DNA of 64,000 bases from Candidatus Berkelbacteria bacterium CG10_big_fil_rev_8_21_14_0_10_43_13 (GCA_002773985.1 PEZW01000009.1:23546-87545), one strand, 5' to 3'. Numbered from the stretch's first letter, positions 27,387 to 38,161 are shown. Notes: generated by a model not told the origin, from the letters alone. Made by a program: numbers and translations.

Positions 27387-28610
27387 ATGAAAGTTATTCT
27401 TAGTAGTGAATCATTTCCACCAAATGTCTCTGGCGTTGCTACCGCGACTGTAAATCTCGCCGAAAATTTGACCAAAGCTGGCCATGAGGCTTTTGTCTTG
27501 ACTCCCGGAGAAACACACGAAACAACCCTAGACAAGGATTTTCCGAAATACAAAGTATACCGCCTGAAATCAATTACCAATCCCTTCCGTCATGGCTATC
27601 GTGTCACCTTTGTTTCCGATGCAGAGGTTGAAAAACTAGTTCAGGAGATAAGACCTGTCATTATTCATCTTCAGGATCCGGCAACGATCGGCCAGGCATT
27701 GCGAAGGGTCGGCAAAAAACTTGGCATCCCAGTCATCATCACAAATCACTTTTCACTCGAATACGCCATGTCGTATCTAAAAGCACTCAGCCCCTTTATC
27801 CCCCTTTTCCGAGCTACTTTAGTCGAATATCTTGTCCTCTTCTACAATAAATGCGACGCCGTCACGACTCCAACAGAAACTTTTCGTCGACAGATTGTCG
27901 ATTGGGGTGTCAAAACTCCAGTTTACGCTGTCTCAAATGGTATAAAAATGGAAAAATTCCTCGAACACACATCAGAGAAGCAACTAGATGAAACCCGAAA
28001 AAAATTTAATTTACCAGAAAAGCCAACTGCTTTATATCTTGGTCGCGTCGATAAAGACAAGAGCATAGAAGTCTTGGTCCGAGCAATCCCGACAATACTC
28101 AAAAAAGTTGATGCCCACTTCATAATTGCTGGCACTGGTGGAGAACTGGAACGCATGAAATCACTTGTTGCCGATCTAAATATTGATTCTCATGTCACAT
28201 TTATTGGTTTTATCGAACACAACTCGTCTGATTTTGTTAACTTATATAAATGTGCAACTCTTTTTGCCATCCCATCTACAATTGAGACACAAAGCCTTGT
28301 TACACTTGAAGCAATGTCGGCCGGCATACCGATAGTTGCAGCTCGTGCCGGAGCCCTGCCCGAACTGGCCCACAATGGCAAAAATGGCTACCTTTTCACG
28401 CCGGGCAGAAGCGATCAGCTTGCGGCTCGTATCTCTAAAATCTTGCGCAATCACAAATTAGCAACAAGGATGGGCAAAGAGTCCATCAAGATCGCCACTC
28501 CACATCAGATGGACCGCGCTTTTGGCGAGATGCTAAAATTATATGAGAAAGTAATCAAAAATATCGCCACAAAAAAAGATCTTGCCGGAGATAAATTGGT
28601 CGAAAGATGA
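27387..28610 (+). CDS. Family-4 glycosyltransferase (GT4, GT-B fold)
   Basis: N-terminal VSGVATATVNL. C-terminal EAMSAGIPIVAARAGALPE nucleotide-sugar binding motif. Confidence 0.85.
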   Translation: MKVILSSESFPPNVSGVATATVNLAENLTKAGHEAFVLTPGETHETTLDKDFPKYKVYRLKSITNPFRHGYRVTFVSDAEVEKLVQEIRPVIIHLQDPATIGQALRRVGKKLGIPVIITNHFSLEYAMSYLKALSPFIPLFRATLVEYLVLFYNKCDAVTTPTETFRRQIVDWGVKTPVYAVSNGIKMEKFLEHTSEKQLDETRKKFNLPEKPTALYLGRVDKDKSIEVLVRAIPTILKKVDAHFIIAGTGGELERMKSLVADLNIDSHVTFIGFIEHNSSDFVNLYKCATLFAIPSTIETQSLVTLEAMSAGIPIVAARAGALPELAHNGKNGYLFTPGRSDQLAARISKILRNHKLATRMGKESIKIATPHQMDRAFGEMLKLYEKVIKNIATKKDLAGDKLVER

Positions 28611-28801
28611 CCAAGGCGGTGACTGCACATCTCGACCACAGCCGAGATAAATTTTAGTCACCAAATGCAATCTAATTATGGGCCAATTTATGATTCCGGC
28701 AAGATCTTTTATATTATATCACAGCATCACACTATTCTAACAGGAAGTTTGCCGACAGTGGTACTTTTTGCTAAAATAATCTGAAATGGGGAAATTTTCT
28801 G

Positions 28802-30976
28802 ATGAGCAGCAAAGATATTTTTATTAGCACAGCAATTCTGTCAACAAAAGAGAAAACAGCCAACCGCCTCATCGAGTGTGGGAAAATCGGAGGAGGTACC
28901 GAGGCTGAATCTTTTTTGTTCTACATTATTGATTTGCCATCGCCTCAAAACAGCGCTGTGACGAAAAAGGTGCTCTCAGTTCTCCACAGCAAAGCCAAAG
29001 GTACAGAAAGATTATCAGCTGATCTGTACGAAGATACGCTCTCTGAGATCAACCAAGCTCTTGGTAAACTTTCCCAAACATCCGACAACGTCTGGGTGGG
29101 TAAACTAAATGCCGTTATCGGTTTGATCGACCAAAATGAGATATTGATCTCACAGGCTGGCAATGTCATCGGCTATATATTTCGTAAAAATAAAATTTCC
29201 GGTCTGACCGAGTCGCCCGACCCAAACTTATCTCTACCACCCAGCCGAACTTTTACTGATATTACTTCCGGCTCAATCCTTGCCGGTGATCAGATAGTTT
29301 TTGGCAGTAGTGAGCTCTTCAATCGAATTTCGGTCGATCGTCTGCGTACTATAGCCCAGATGGAAACTGCTGGTATATCTGCACTCGAGCTGAAGCGCTA
29401 TCTTCGACGAACTCACCCTGACGGCATCGGCGCGATTTTTCTCTCTGCTTTAGAAGAGCCGTCTCAGGGTCAAAATCAAGAAACCATCTACCTTGATGAG
29501 ATTGAAGATTCAGCATTAAAATCAGCCTCGAAAAAGATAATTCCAGTTTGGAATAAAATTAGAATTGAAACACAGGAAATTTGGCGAGATTCATCTGCCG
29601 TTGGCAACAAACTTGCAAATAAATGGCATAAAAGCTGGCGAGAAAAAGTCGAACCAAAAAGCAAGCGACTGTTCAAATCAGGCAAAGAAAAAATTAGCCG
29701 AAGTTTGAAATCTGGTCAACACAAAATAACCGAATTGAGTTACGGCCGCGACAATCCCTCACGACTGAAGATCAAGGCTGTCCCTTACCACAAGAATGAA
29801 AAGGAACTTTCACCGTTCGCCAAATATTGGCAAAACTTTACCAGCAATGTCGGACCCATACTAAAGTCTCTCTTTGCGGCAAAAAACAGGCGCTATTTAA
29901 TAAGCATCATTATTTTATTAATTTTAATTGTCAGCTACACAAAGATAAAGATTAACAACAATAACAATAAAGACAAAGCCGCCCATCAGGTCGAGGTCGC
30001 TAGTTCATATGACAAAGCAACAGACCTTTTTATTAAGGCAAAATCAGATCTTGCTTCCGGCAGTAACAGTCTAGACAAATTTTATCAGGCGAGAGATTTA
30101 GCAGAGACGGCAAAAGAAGACAAGACAAATTCGGACAAAGCTAGTGCTCTGATCAAACAAATCAACCTAATTGTTGACGACAAGACAAAGACGGTTCGTT
30201 TTTATACAGCGACGAATTATCCTTTGACTTCAAATATTAACAAAATTGTACTAGCCGGCACAGCAATTTATGGTGTCAACTCAGACAATAAAATTTATAT
30301 GGTTGACACTCGCGATGAGCAGCCAAAACTAGTTGGATCTCTCGGCACAGACACTGGAAAATCGACCGGAGTTCATTATTCCGAATCGGCCAACGCAATA
30401 TTTTTTGAAACAAGTGGTGGTAAGATGCTCTCTTTCGATATCAGTAAAAATATTGTTAGCACACTGACCAACGCTGACGGCAGCTGGAAAAGCGCGAACG
30501 CTCTCGGCACATACTCAGGTAATATCTATCTTCTTGATAGCACTGTCGGCACTGTCTGGAAATACACTCTTTCGAGTGGGGTTTATTCGACAGCAACTGA
30601 CTATACCGACACTCGGACAGTCAGTCTGAAAGACGCGCGCGATATTGCAATTGATGGTAATATTTTTATTCTGAAAGCAGATGGAACAATCGTCAAATTT
30701 GTCAAAGGCGCTTATCAGTCTGATTTTGCTGTCCGCAACATCCCCCCGCCACAAAACACCATCGGCACACCTGATCAGATCTTCACCAGCGACACCACGA
30801 ATAGTCTTTTTGTTCTCGATAAGAAAAACAATCGCATCATCAAATTCGATAAATCGGGTGAATTTAACACTCAATATGTTTTTGACGGTGTCAAGCTTGA
30901 TAGTTTCGTCGTCGACGCCAAACTGCAAAAAATCTGGGGTCTGGCAGACGGTAAAATATATGAGGGGGGCTTATAA
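28802..30976 (+). CDS. Membrane protein with an N-terminal PP2C-like domain and C-terminal beta-propeller-like repeats
   Basis: Central TM (YLISIIILLILIVSY). Repeated hydrophobic-LD-x3-G-x-I-x-KF blades (NIYLLDSTVGTVWKY, NIFILKADGTIVKF, SLFVLDKKNNRIIKF). Domain calls tentative. Confidence 0.55.
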   Translation: MSSKDIFISTAILSTKEKTANRLIECGKIGGGTEAESFLFYIIDLPSPQNSAVTKKVLSVLHSKAKGTERLSADLYEDTLSEINQALGKLSQTSDNVWVGKLNAVIGLIDQNEILISQAGNVIGYIFRKNKISGLTESPDPNLSLPPSRTFTDITSGSILAGDQIVFGSSELFNRISVDRLRTIAQMETAGISALELKRYLRRTHPDGIGAIFLSALEEPSQGQNQETIYLDEIEDSALKSASKKIIPVWNKIRIETQEIWRDSSAVGNKLANKWHKSWREKVEPKSKRLFKSGKEKISRSLKSGQHKITELSYGRDNPSRLKIKAVPYHKNEKELSPFAKYWQNFTSNVGPILKSLFAAKNRRYLISIIILLILIVSYTKIKINNNNNKDKAAHQVEVASSYDKATDLFIKAKSDLASGSNSLDKFYQARDLAETAKEDKTNSDKASALIKQINLIVDDKTKTVRFYTATNYPLTSNINKIVLAGTAIYGVNSDNKIYMVDTRDEQPKLVGSLGTDTGKSTGVHYSESANAIFFETSGGKMLSFDISKNIVSTLTNADGSWKSANALGTYSGNIYLLDSTVGTVWKYTLSSGVYSTATDYTDTRTVSLKDARDIAIDGNIFILKADGTIVKFVKGAYQSDFAVRNIPPPQNTIGTPDQIFTSDTTNSLFVLDKKNNRIIKFDKSGEFNTQYVFDGVKLDSFVVDAKLQKIWGLADGKIYEGGL

Positions 30977-31013
30977 TATTGTTTTATGTCACAAATTTCG
31001 TTACATTAATCTT

Positions 31014-31418
31014 ATGACCAAAAAAGAACAACAAATTACACTTGATGATTTGGCGGCTATGGTCGCCAACGGTTTTCAGAAGATGTCTGACCAGTTTTCC
31101 GACCGATTTGATGGTGTCGACAAGCGTCTTGATGGTGTCGACAAGCGTCTTGATGGTGTCGACAAGCGTCTTGATGGTGTCGACAAGCGTCTTGATGGTG
31201 TTGAATTTAATATGAATGGTTTGCGTCAAGAATTCAACGCATTTCGAAGTGAGACACGTGCTAATTTTGAAAGGTTGTGGAATGAGATTGCAAAGATAAA
31301 TCATCGTCTCGATTTGATTGAAAAAAGAACAGACGAAGATACCGGTCTGGCTTTGTCTGAGATTGAAAAACTGAAAAAAAGAATTTTAATTCTTGAACAA
31401 AAGCTAAAAACCGCATAA
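31014..31418 (+). CDS. Small coiled-coil protein with an internal DGVDKRL x4 tandem repeat
   Basis: ATG at 31014, in frame with the longer track ORF that overlaps the upstream gene. Perfect 21-bp repeats. Confidence 0.5.
   Translation: MTKKEQQITLDDLAAMVANGFQKMSDQFSDRFDGVDKRLDGVDKRLDGVDKRLDGVDKRLDGVEFNMNGLRQEFNAFRSETRANFERLWNEIAKINHRLDLIEKRTDEDTGLALSEIEKLKKRILILEQKLKTA
31111..31200 (+). repeat. Perfect 21-bp tandem repeat x4 (gatggtgtcgacaagcgtctt) within the coding sequence
   Basis: Seen directly. A candidate VNTR. Confidence 0.85.
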
Positions 31419-31479
31419 ACACAATTAGAAAAACTTAATAATTTTAACTTTTGATCTATAACTTTTGACTTGTCTTCTA

Positions 31480-33138
31480 TTACATTTTCTCTGGCGCGTC
31501 GATACTGAGAATATTAAGTGCATTTTTCAAAACATATTTTGTTGCTCTGATGAGAAAGAGACGAGCCTGCTTGAGTTGTTTCGTCTCTGCGCCAATGACT
31601 CGACAACTGCCATAAAAGTCGTGGAAGAGACCGGCAATTTTGTAAGCAAAATGGGGGAGTGCTTGAATTTGAAAATTTGTTGAAATTTCTTCGATTAATT
31701 CCGGAAACTTGATCAGCTCTTTTATAAGAGCAATTTCCTTTGCATTATTTAATACCGAATAATCGGCTGGTGTCCCGTCGCCTGTTCCCTCTCCCCTGCT
31801 TTTTTCCAAGATCGAACAAATGCGGGCGTGAGCGTATTTAATATAGAAAACTGGATTTTTTTCCGAAGTATCGGCGGCGAGTTCCAAATCAAAATCAAAA
31901 GGCGTGTTGGGGTTTTGCGAGAGAATAAAATATTTAAAAGCATCAGGAACAACTCCGGCCTCTATCACCTCTCGAAGGCTGATAAAGTTTCCGAGCCGCT
32001 TGCCCATACTAGCTGCTTGACCTGATTTTTTTAAACGGACATATTGATAAAGAACTATTTCTAGGGCATCGGGTTGGCCGAGCGCTTTAAGAGCTGCTCT
32101 CATCCGCGGGATATGACCGAAATGGTTGGCGCCCCAGACATCAATCATTTTTGTCGCCCCACGTTCTATCTTGTCTAAATGGTACGCCAAGTCATTGGCG
32201 AAATATGTCACCGAATGATTCTCGTCACTTTTGACCAATACTGCTTCTTTGTCAGCCAGCTCTGGATCATCGGGCTGTTTAAACCAAACTGCTCCTTCTT
32301 TTTCGATGGTGTTTCCGGATTCTCTGAGTCTCTCAATAACCGCAGCCGACTTACCCGCCTCAGCTATCTTGCTTTCATAACTCCAAACATCGATTTTCAT
32401 ACCGGCAAATTTCAGGTCATCACGAATCTTTTCCACCATAATATCTAAACCGACTTTAGCAAAAAATTTAATCAGTTCTTCTCTGTCCGATATTTTTGAA
32501 ATTTCGTCGTCAAATTTCAATTGAATTACTTCTGATGTTTCTTTGATATACGGACCAGGGTAGCCTTCCTCAGGAAACTTCACATCCACATTATCTTTGA
32601 TCTCATACCAATGATAAAGTGACTGACCGAAACGACCGATCTGGACACCAATGTCGTTGATGTAAAATTCCTTCGTCGTGTCATAACCCAAGAACATAAA
32701 AAGGTTGGCAATCGCCTCCCCAATTGGTCCGCTTCTGGCATTCCCGATGTGGAGTGGTCCGGTCGGATTGGCTGAAACGTATTCGACGTTGATCTTTTTA
32801 CCAGCACCAATTTCAGACCGTCCATATTGTTCTTTTTGTTCCACGATCTTGGCTAATTCATCAAAATAGACTTGTAGTTCCAATTTAATATTGATGAATC
32901 CCGGACCGGCAACTTCTACTTTTATGATATCGTCATACTTTTCTAATTCAATCTTGATTTTGTTTGCAATTTCCCTCGGATTGTCCTTTATTTGACCAGC
33001 AATAATCATCGCCACATTCGTCGCAAAATCACCAATCTCCGGCTTTGGCGCTTCTGTCACCGAAAAATCAGACGGGGGATTATACTCAGCTGATTTGACA
33101 GCGCTTATTATTTTCTTAAGCAGTTCAGATTTCATCAA
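31480..33138 (-). CDS. argS: Arginine--tRNA ligase
   Basis: Class I HIGH-type motif PTGPLHIGNARSG. KMSK-like SMGKR. Anticodon-binding DALR domain at the C-terminus. Confidence 0.9.
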   Translation of the reverse strand: MMKSELLKKIISAVKSAEYNPPSDFSVTEAPKPEIGDFATNVAMIIAGQIKDNPREIANKIKIELEKYDDIIKVEVAGPGFINIKLELQVYFDELAKIVEQKEQYGRSEIGAGKKINVEYVSANPTGPLHIGNARSGPIGEAIANLFMFLGYDTTKEFYINDIGVQIGRFGQSLYHWYEIKDNVDVKFPEEGYPGPYIKETSEVIQLKFDDEISKISDREELIKFFAKVGLDIMVEKIRDDLKFAGMKIDVWSYESKIAEAGKSAAVIERLRESGNTIEKEGAVWFKQPDDPELADKEAVLVKSDENHSVTYFANDLAYHLDKIERGATKMIDVWGANHFGHIPRMRAALKALGQPDALEIVLYQYVRLKKSGQAASMGKRLGNFISLREVIEAGVVPDAFKYFILSQNPNTPFDFDLELAADTSEKNPVFYIKYAHARICSILEKSRGEGTGDGTPADYSVLNNAKEIALIKELIKFPELIEEISTNFQIQALPHFAYKIAGLFHDFYGSCRVIGAETKQLKQARLFLIRATKYVLKNALNILSIDAPEKM

Positions 33139-33152
33139 CTTTTATTAACTTT

Positions 33153-34328
33153 CTACTTTTTAACTTTATACACTTTGAGCTTGCCAATCTGAATTACCAG
33201 TCCTTTTTTAATCCCGATTTCTACCAAAGGATCAGTAATTTTAGTTCCATCAATTTTAACACCACCCTGTTCGATAACCCGCCTAGCATCAGATTTGGAG
33301 AGTGATTCATCAGCCAACGTCACAAATGTCAAAATATCAATATTTTTTTCTGGAATCGAAATTTCTGGAATGTCGGTTGGCAGTTCTTTTTTTGAAAAAC
33401 GATTCAAAAACTCTTTTTTAGCCCCCAAGGACTCTTTTTTTGTATGATAAAGTGTGACAATTTCTTCTGCTAACAGTAATTTTATATCTCTCGGATTTGC
33501 ACCGTTCCTAAGATTATTGCCAACTTTTTCTATTTCCTTATCCGACAATAAAGTACAAAGACTAAAATAATCTATTATTAAACCATCGGGAATTGACATT
33601 ATCTTACCAAACATCTGATCAGATTCTTCCGTTATCGAAATATAATTATCAGCAGACTTACTCATCTTTTCTTTGCCATCTAGACCTACCAGTAATTTAA
33701 CCATGACAACATTTTGCGGAGCTTGACCCATCTTTTTCTGTAAATCTCGTCCAGCAAGTAAATTGAACTTTTGGTCTGTTCCGCCAAACTCGACATCCGC
33801 CCGAAGCATTACTGAATCATAAGCTTGCATCACAGGATAGAGTAATTCATGCAAACTGATATCATTGCCCATATCAAGTCTCTTGGCAAAATCATCGCGC
33901 TCCAAAATCTGTGCTGCAGTGAATTTACCGACCAGCTGTAAAATGTCGCCAAAACTCATCTTTGCAAACCACTCAGAATTTGCCCTGATCTCGGCTTTTT
34001 TAACATTTAGAATTTTCCCGACCTGATCAAAATATGTTCTAGCGTTTTGCTCGATTTCAGCATCAGTTAAAACAGGACGAGTCGAATTTCTTCCACTAGG
34101 ATCACCAATCTTTGTCGTGTAATCACCAACTAGAAAAATTATCTTATGACCGGCATCTTGGAGTTCTTTTAGTTTCCACAAACCAACAGCATGACCCAGA
34201 TGGATATCTGGACGAGTTGGATCAAAACCCATTTTGATACGCAGGGGCTTTTTGCTCTTCAGTTTTTCCTCAAATGAAGATTGGACAATTATTTCCTCAA
34301 TTCCTCTTTCAAAAAAATCTTTGTTCAT
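33153..34328 (-). CDS. tyrS: Tyrosine--tRNA ligase
   Basis: HLGH motif (PDIHLGHAVG), KMSKS, C-terminal S4 domain. Confidence 0.9.
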   Translation of the reverse strand: MNKDFFERGIEEIIVQSSFEEKLKSKKPLRIKMGFDPTRPDIHLGHAVGLWKLKELQDAGHKIIFLVGDYTTKIGDPSGRNSTRPVLTDAEIEQNARTYFDQVGKILNVKKAEIRANSEWFAKMSFGDILQLVGKFTAAQILERDDFAKRLDMGNDISLHELLYPVMQAYDSVMLRADVEFGGTDQKFNLLAGRDLQKKMGQAPQNVVMVKLLVGLDGKEKMSKSADNYISITEESDQMFGKIMSIPDGLIIDYFSLCTLLSDKEIEKVGNNLRNGANPRDIKLLLAEEIVTLYHTKKESLGAKKEFLNRFSKKELPTDIPEISIPEKNIDILTFVTLADESLSKSDARRVIEQGGVKIDGTKITDPLVEIGIKKGLVIQIGKLKVYKVKK

Positions 34329-34436
34329 TTTGATCCGTTTTTAGATTGACAAAATTGGTAATTAACTTTAAAATAGAGCCGTTTTGTATTTACATACTAC
34401 CAATCCGCGCGTATAATGTAAAGAAAGGACAATCTT

Positions 34437-37271
34437 ATGAAATTCAATTTGAGCGGCTTAAAAAAACGGTTCAATTCTGTAAAAAAGCGATTCAAGTTTG
34501 ATATGACCAGGAACCCGCGCCCCACTAAAAAGCGCAAGAAAATCTCCTGGAAAAAAGTATTCATCGTTTGCGGCTACGTCGTTTTGGCTTTTATCTTGGT
34601 AACAGCGGTTACATTTGCCTGGTTTGCGAAAGATTTGCCTACCCCAGAAAAAATCGCCCAGCAACAGATGGCCCAGTCAACGAAAATATATGATCGGACT
34701 GGCAAGGTTTTATTGTACCAAACAGGCAACGAGAAACGAACCATTGTCAAATCCGACCAGATATCCCAGACCCTCAAGGATGCAACTATTGCGACAGAAG
34801 ATCCAGGCTTTTACAACAACCATGGCATCGAGCCAATCGAAATATTAAAAGCAATCGGCAGTAAACTAATAGGCAAAACTAATACACTACGCGGTGGCTC
34901 GACGATCACACAGCAATACGTGAAAAATTCTTTCTTGACGCCAGACCGTTCAATCTCCCGCAAGATCAAGGAAGCGATTATCTCGATTGAACTCGAATTT
35001 ATGTACAGCAAAGATGAAATCCTGACAATGTACTTAAATGAAATCCCCTACGGAAATGCAAACGGCGGGATAGAAGCAGCTGCCCAATCTTATTACGGCG
35101 TTTCAGCCAAGGATCTTGGCTTGGCAGAATCGGCTACTCTGGCCGCAATTCCACAGGCCCCAACTTATTATTCTCCATATGGTACTCACCTTGACGATCT
35201 GGTCGGCAGGAAAAATTACGTTCTAAACCAGATGGTTAAGCACAAAAAAATCACCAAAGCCGAAGCCGATGCTGCCAAAACCGAAGATACGACGACAGTC
35301 GGACAATTACTCCAAGCCCGCCGCGACCCGATATTGGCTCCACATTTCTCAATGTACGTTCTCCAGCAAGCAGTAAATGAATATGGTGAATCAGCAATTC
35401 AGAGTCAGGGACTGAAAATTGTCACCTCGCTTGATTGGGATAAACAACAAATTGCCGAAGAAGCCATTACTAACGGTGTCCCAAAACTTATTAAGTATGG
35501 CGCCAGCAACGGTGCCCTCGTCGCTGTCGACCCCAAAACCGGACAGATTTTAGCAATGGTTGGATCGGCTGATTATTTTGACACTGCAATTGACGGTAAC
35601 TTCAACGTCGCTGATGCTGGCCGTCAGCCAGGTTCGTCGTTCAAGCCGATCGTTTATGCCACCGCCTTCAAGCAGTCAGACTTCTCACCATCAAGAATTC
35701 TTTATGACTTCACGACCAATTTTGGCGGCACACCACCTTATATTCCTCAAGATGATGATGGCAAAAACCGTGGTCCAGTCACTGTCCGTGATGCCTTGGC
35801 TCAATCCCTCAATATTCCGGCAGTCAAGGTGCTTGGACTCGCTGGCATCGATGAAGCACTGAAAACAGCCAAAGATATGGGAATTACTTCGCTAACCCAG
35901 CGCGATCGCTATGGCCTTTCACTCGTCCTCGGAGTCGGTGAAGTTTCACCACTTGAGATGGCAAGTGCCTACTCAACTTTTGCCAACGCAGGCACACACA
36001 ACGAAACCACACCATTTCTCAAGGTAACCGATTCGAGTGGTAAGACTCTTTACGATTTTGATAAAGATCATCCGTCAGGCAAACAGGTCCTCGATCCCCA
36101 AATTGCTTATGAAATGTCCAGCATACTCTCTGACAACGCTGCAAGAACCCCAGTCTTTGGTTCTCGCAGTGGATTATTTCTAAAAGAACGTCCAGTAGCT
36201 GCCAAGACAGGAACAACTTCTGATTTCAAAGACGCCTGGACTGATGGCTATACTCCATCCCTCGCTGTTTCCGTCTGGACTGGCAATAGTAACAATAAAG
36301 CGATGAAAAAAAATGGCTTTGGTGCCACCCTAGCTGCACCAATTTTTCATGAATTTATGACCAAGGCTTTGGCTGGCACGGCGGCCGAAGAATTTGCCAA
36401 ACCGGATGGCATTCAGACAATAACTGTCGAGAGATATTCCAATAAATTACCAGATGAACATGCAACCGCAACAACGACAGACATCTTCGCTACCTGGCAG
36501 GTACCAAAAGAAAAGGAAAATATCTACAAACAGGTTACCGTCTGCAAGGGCACCAACCTCATCGCCCCAGACGGTACAAATACTGCATTAATAGAAACAA
36601 AGGTTTTTGCCGATCTTCATTCAGAAAAGCCAAGTAATCCAAACTGGGAAAACCCTGTCCGAGCCTGGGCTGAGGCCAACGGGCTCGCCACCACTATCCC
36701 GACTGGTCAATGTGATGTAGCCGCCATGTCTCCAACAATTCACTTTGTCAGCCCAGCCGACAAAGCAACTGTGACTGGTAGCACCATCATCACTGTCACC
36801 GCTATTGCGCCAAACGGCATCGCCAATATAACGTACTTTATTGATGATGTTCAGATAGGACAGACCACTTCAGATCCCTATACCTTGAAATATGATTTCA
36901 ACTCCATCAGCGCTGGTACTCACAAATTGACTGCCCAAATTTCTGATGTGAACGCGATGACTGCAAGTGCTGATATAAATATTACAATTGCCACTCTAAG
37001 TCTGGATGTCTCTGGACTGTTGGCAAAATCAAATACTGGCACTCCACCGTCAGCAACGATCACCTGGACGACAAACCTAGCTGCTAACAGCAGTATCACC
37101 TACTCAACAGGGACATTGCCGTCAGTTACCAAATCAGATAGCATCAAGACAACTTCCCATAGCCTTACACTGACAAATCTGACTGCAGGCAAGACTTACA
37201 ACTACACTGTCATATCTACTGACAATTATGGCAACACCGATACCGCCACCGGCTTCTTCACCACACCATAG
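34437..37271 (+). CDS. mrcA: Class A penicillin-binding protein (PBP1A; glycosyltransferase GT51 + transpeptidase) with C-terminal Ig/FN3-like repeats
   Basis: GT51 motifs (ATIATEDPGFYNNHGIE, RGGSTITQQ). Transpeptidase SSFKP (SxxK), SLN and KTGT motifs. N-terminal TM. Confidence 0.9.
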   Translation: MKFNLSGLKKRFNSVKKRFKFDMTRNPRPTKKRKKISWKKVFIVCGYVVLAFILVTAVTFAWFAKDLPTPEKIAQQQMAQSTKIYDRTGKVLLYQTGNEKRTIVKSDQISQTLKDATIATEDPGFYNNHGIEPIEILKAIGSKLIGKTNTLRGGSTITQQYVKNSFLTPDRSISRKIKEAIISIELEFMYSKDEILTMYLNEIPYGNANGGIEAAAQSYYGVSAKDLGLAESATLAAIPQAPTYYSPYGTHLDDLVGRKNYVLNQMVKHKKITKAEADAAKTEDTTTVGQLLQARRDPILAPHFSMYVLQQAVNEYGESAIQSQGLKIVTSLDWDKQQIAEEAITNGVPKLIKYGASNGALVAVDPKTGQILAMVGSADYFDTAIDGNFNVADAGRQPGSSFKPIVYATAFKQSDFSPSRILYDFTTNFGGTPPYIPQDDDGKNRGPVTVRDALAQSLNIPAVKVLGLAGIDEALKTAKDMGITSLTQRDRYGLSLVLGVGEVSPLEMASAYSTFANAGTHNETTPFLKVTDSSGKTLYDFDKDHPSGKQVLDPQIAYEMSSILSDNAARTPVFGSRSGLFLKERPVAAKTGTTSDFKDAWTDGYTPSLAVSVWTGNSNNKAMKKNGFGATLAAPIFHEFMTKALAGTAAEEFAKPDGIQTITVERYSNKLPDEHATATTTDIFATWQVPKEKENIYKQVTVCKGTNLIAPDGTNTALIETKVFADLHSEKPSNPNWENPVRAWAEANGLATTIPTGQCDVAAMSPTIHFVSPADKATVTGSTIITVTAIAPNGIANITYFIDDVQIGQTTSDPYTLKYDFNSISAGTHKLTAQISDVNAMTASADINITIATLSLDVSGLLAKSNTGTPPSATITWTTNLAANSSITYSTGTLPSVTKSDSIKTTSHSLTLTNLTAGKTYNYTVISTDNYGNTDTATGFFTTP

Positions 37272-37294
37272 AAAACATTAATCGCAAATCATTA

Positions 37295-37337
37295 AATATA
37301 AAAATATACAGTCTAAAGCTGTATATTTTTATATTTA
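37295..37337 (+). terminator. AT-rich 18-bp perfect hairpin (aaatataaaaatatacag/ctgtatatttttatattt) downstream of the PBP gene
   Basis: Perfect inverted repeat with a 7-nt loop, followed by a T-rich tract. Confidence 0.5.
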
Positions 37338-37398
37338 ATCTATTAACACGAGCTCTCTACACTTGACAGAACAGCACTCGATAGTGTACTATCGTGTT

Positions 37399-37412
37399 AA
37401 CACAGTGATACA
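37399..37412. promoter_or_regulatory. Palindromic operator-like site GTGTTAACAC upstream of the TrpR/YerC-like gene
   Basis: Perfect 10-bp palindrome. A second copy at 37757-37770 and a half-site at 37351-37357. Confidence 0.4.
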
Positions 37413-37429
37413 TAATCGAAGAGTAGAAA

Positions 37430-37732
37430 ATGAAACGCAAACTTGAACCACAACTAGATATGCCGGCACCGAAGAGTTTGTACGATGTTTTGGCAAAGAT
37501 AGATAAGCCAAAAGATATGGCTCTTTTTCTGCGTGATGTCCTGACGCTCGAAGAGATCGAGGAAGCCAGTCGTCGCTTTTTGATTGCTTCTAAGCTCAAG
37601 GAAGGCAAAGGTGTCCGCGAGACCGCTAAGGAATTTGGCGTCTCAACGACTACCGTTTCTCGCATCAACTATTGGCTCCATCATGGCACCGGTGGATATG
37701 ATTTAGCTTTGAAGAAATTAAATAATAAGTAA
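37430..37732 (+). CDS. TrpR/YerC-YecD family DNA-binding protein
   Basis: 100 aa. The C-terminal HTH GVSTTTVSRINYWL matches the Trp-repressor-like family. Confidence 0.7.
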   Translation: MKRKLEPQLDMPAPKSLYDVLAKIDKPKDMALFLRDVLTLEEIEEASRRFLIASKLKEGKGVRETAKEFGVSTTTVSRINYWLHHGTGGYDLALKKLNNK

Positions 37733-37756
37733 ACCCGATGATTGTGTCACAGTGTG

Positions 37757-37770
37757 TTAACACGATGAGA
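37757..37770. promoter_or_regulatory. Second GTGTTAACAC palindrome downstream of the TrpR-like gene, with direct repeat (g)acataatcga(t)aag
   Basis: Seen directly. Confidence 0.4.
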
Positions 37771-37832
37771 CATAATCGATAAGCATTACAGATAATTAAT
37801 TTTTCCAAGCCAGTCGTATCTACCACTAAGAC

Positions 37833-37853
37833 TCCGCCCTCGGGCGGTTTTTT
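37833..37853 (+). terminator. Rho-independent terminator (ccgccc-tcg-ggcgg + T6)
   Basis: GC hairpin followed by TTTTTT. Confidence 0.65.
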
Positions 37854-38085
37854 GGTGGCAAAAAACAAAGATGACCAGAAAGGCAATCACATGCACGGAA
37901 TCCCCACACCTACCGCTCGTGAAAAACAGATCGAGCGACTGCAGCAGGCAGCTCGTAATCTCGCCGACCCGTCTGGTGAGATCAGACAATGTTTGGAGGA
38001 TCTCAAAAGGAGACTGGAAGAGAAAGAGACGAAGATATTCTTCAGACTTCTCGAAGAGGAAGGGTGGCCAGATGAAAATGCATAA
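37852..38085 (+). CDS. Small hypothetical protein (start uncertain, possibly the internal Met at 37891)
   Basis: 77-aa ORF, charged, coiled-coil-like. Strong hairpin 38088-38122 just downstream. Confidence 0.3.
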   Translation: MVAKNKDDQKGNHMHGIPTPTAREKQIERLQQAARNLADPSGEIRQCLEDLKRRLEEKETKIFFRLLEEEGWPDENA

Positions 38086-38161
38086 CCCTGCGCTGCGCCC
38101 AGAAACTGGGCGCAGCGTACAACCAAACTACTAGTTATTAAATAATGAAAGGAAAAATCGC

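Noticed and set aside
30681-31013. Extended N-terminus of the track ORF 30681-31418, overlapping the 724-aa gene
   Set aside because: The upstream part lies in another frame of the preceding gene's 3' end and has no start context. The ATG at 31014, after an in-frame stop in the intergenic spacer of the other frame, is the sensible start.
30984-31304. 106-aa minus-strand ORF mirroring the tandem-repeat gene
   Set aside because: Antisense to the tandem-repeat region. The repeat periodicity creates a stop-free frame on both strands.
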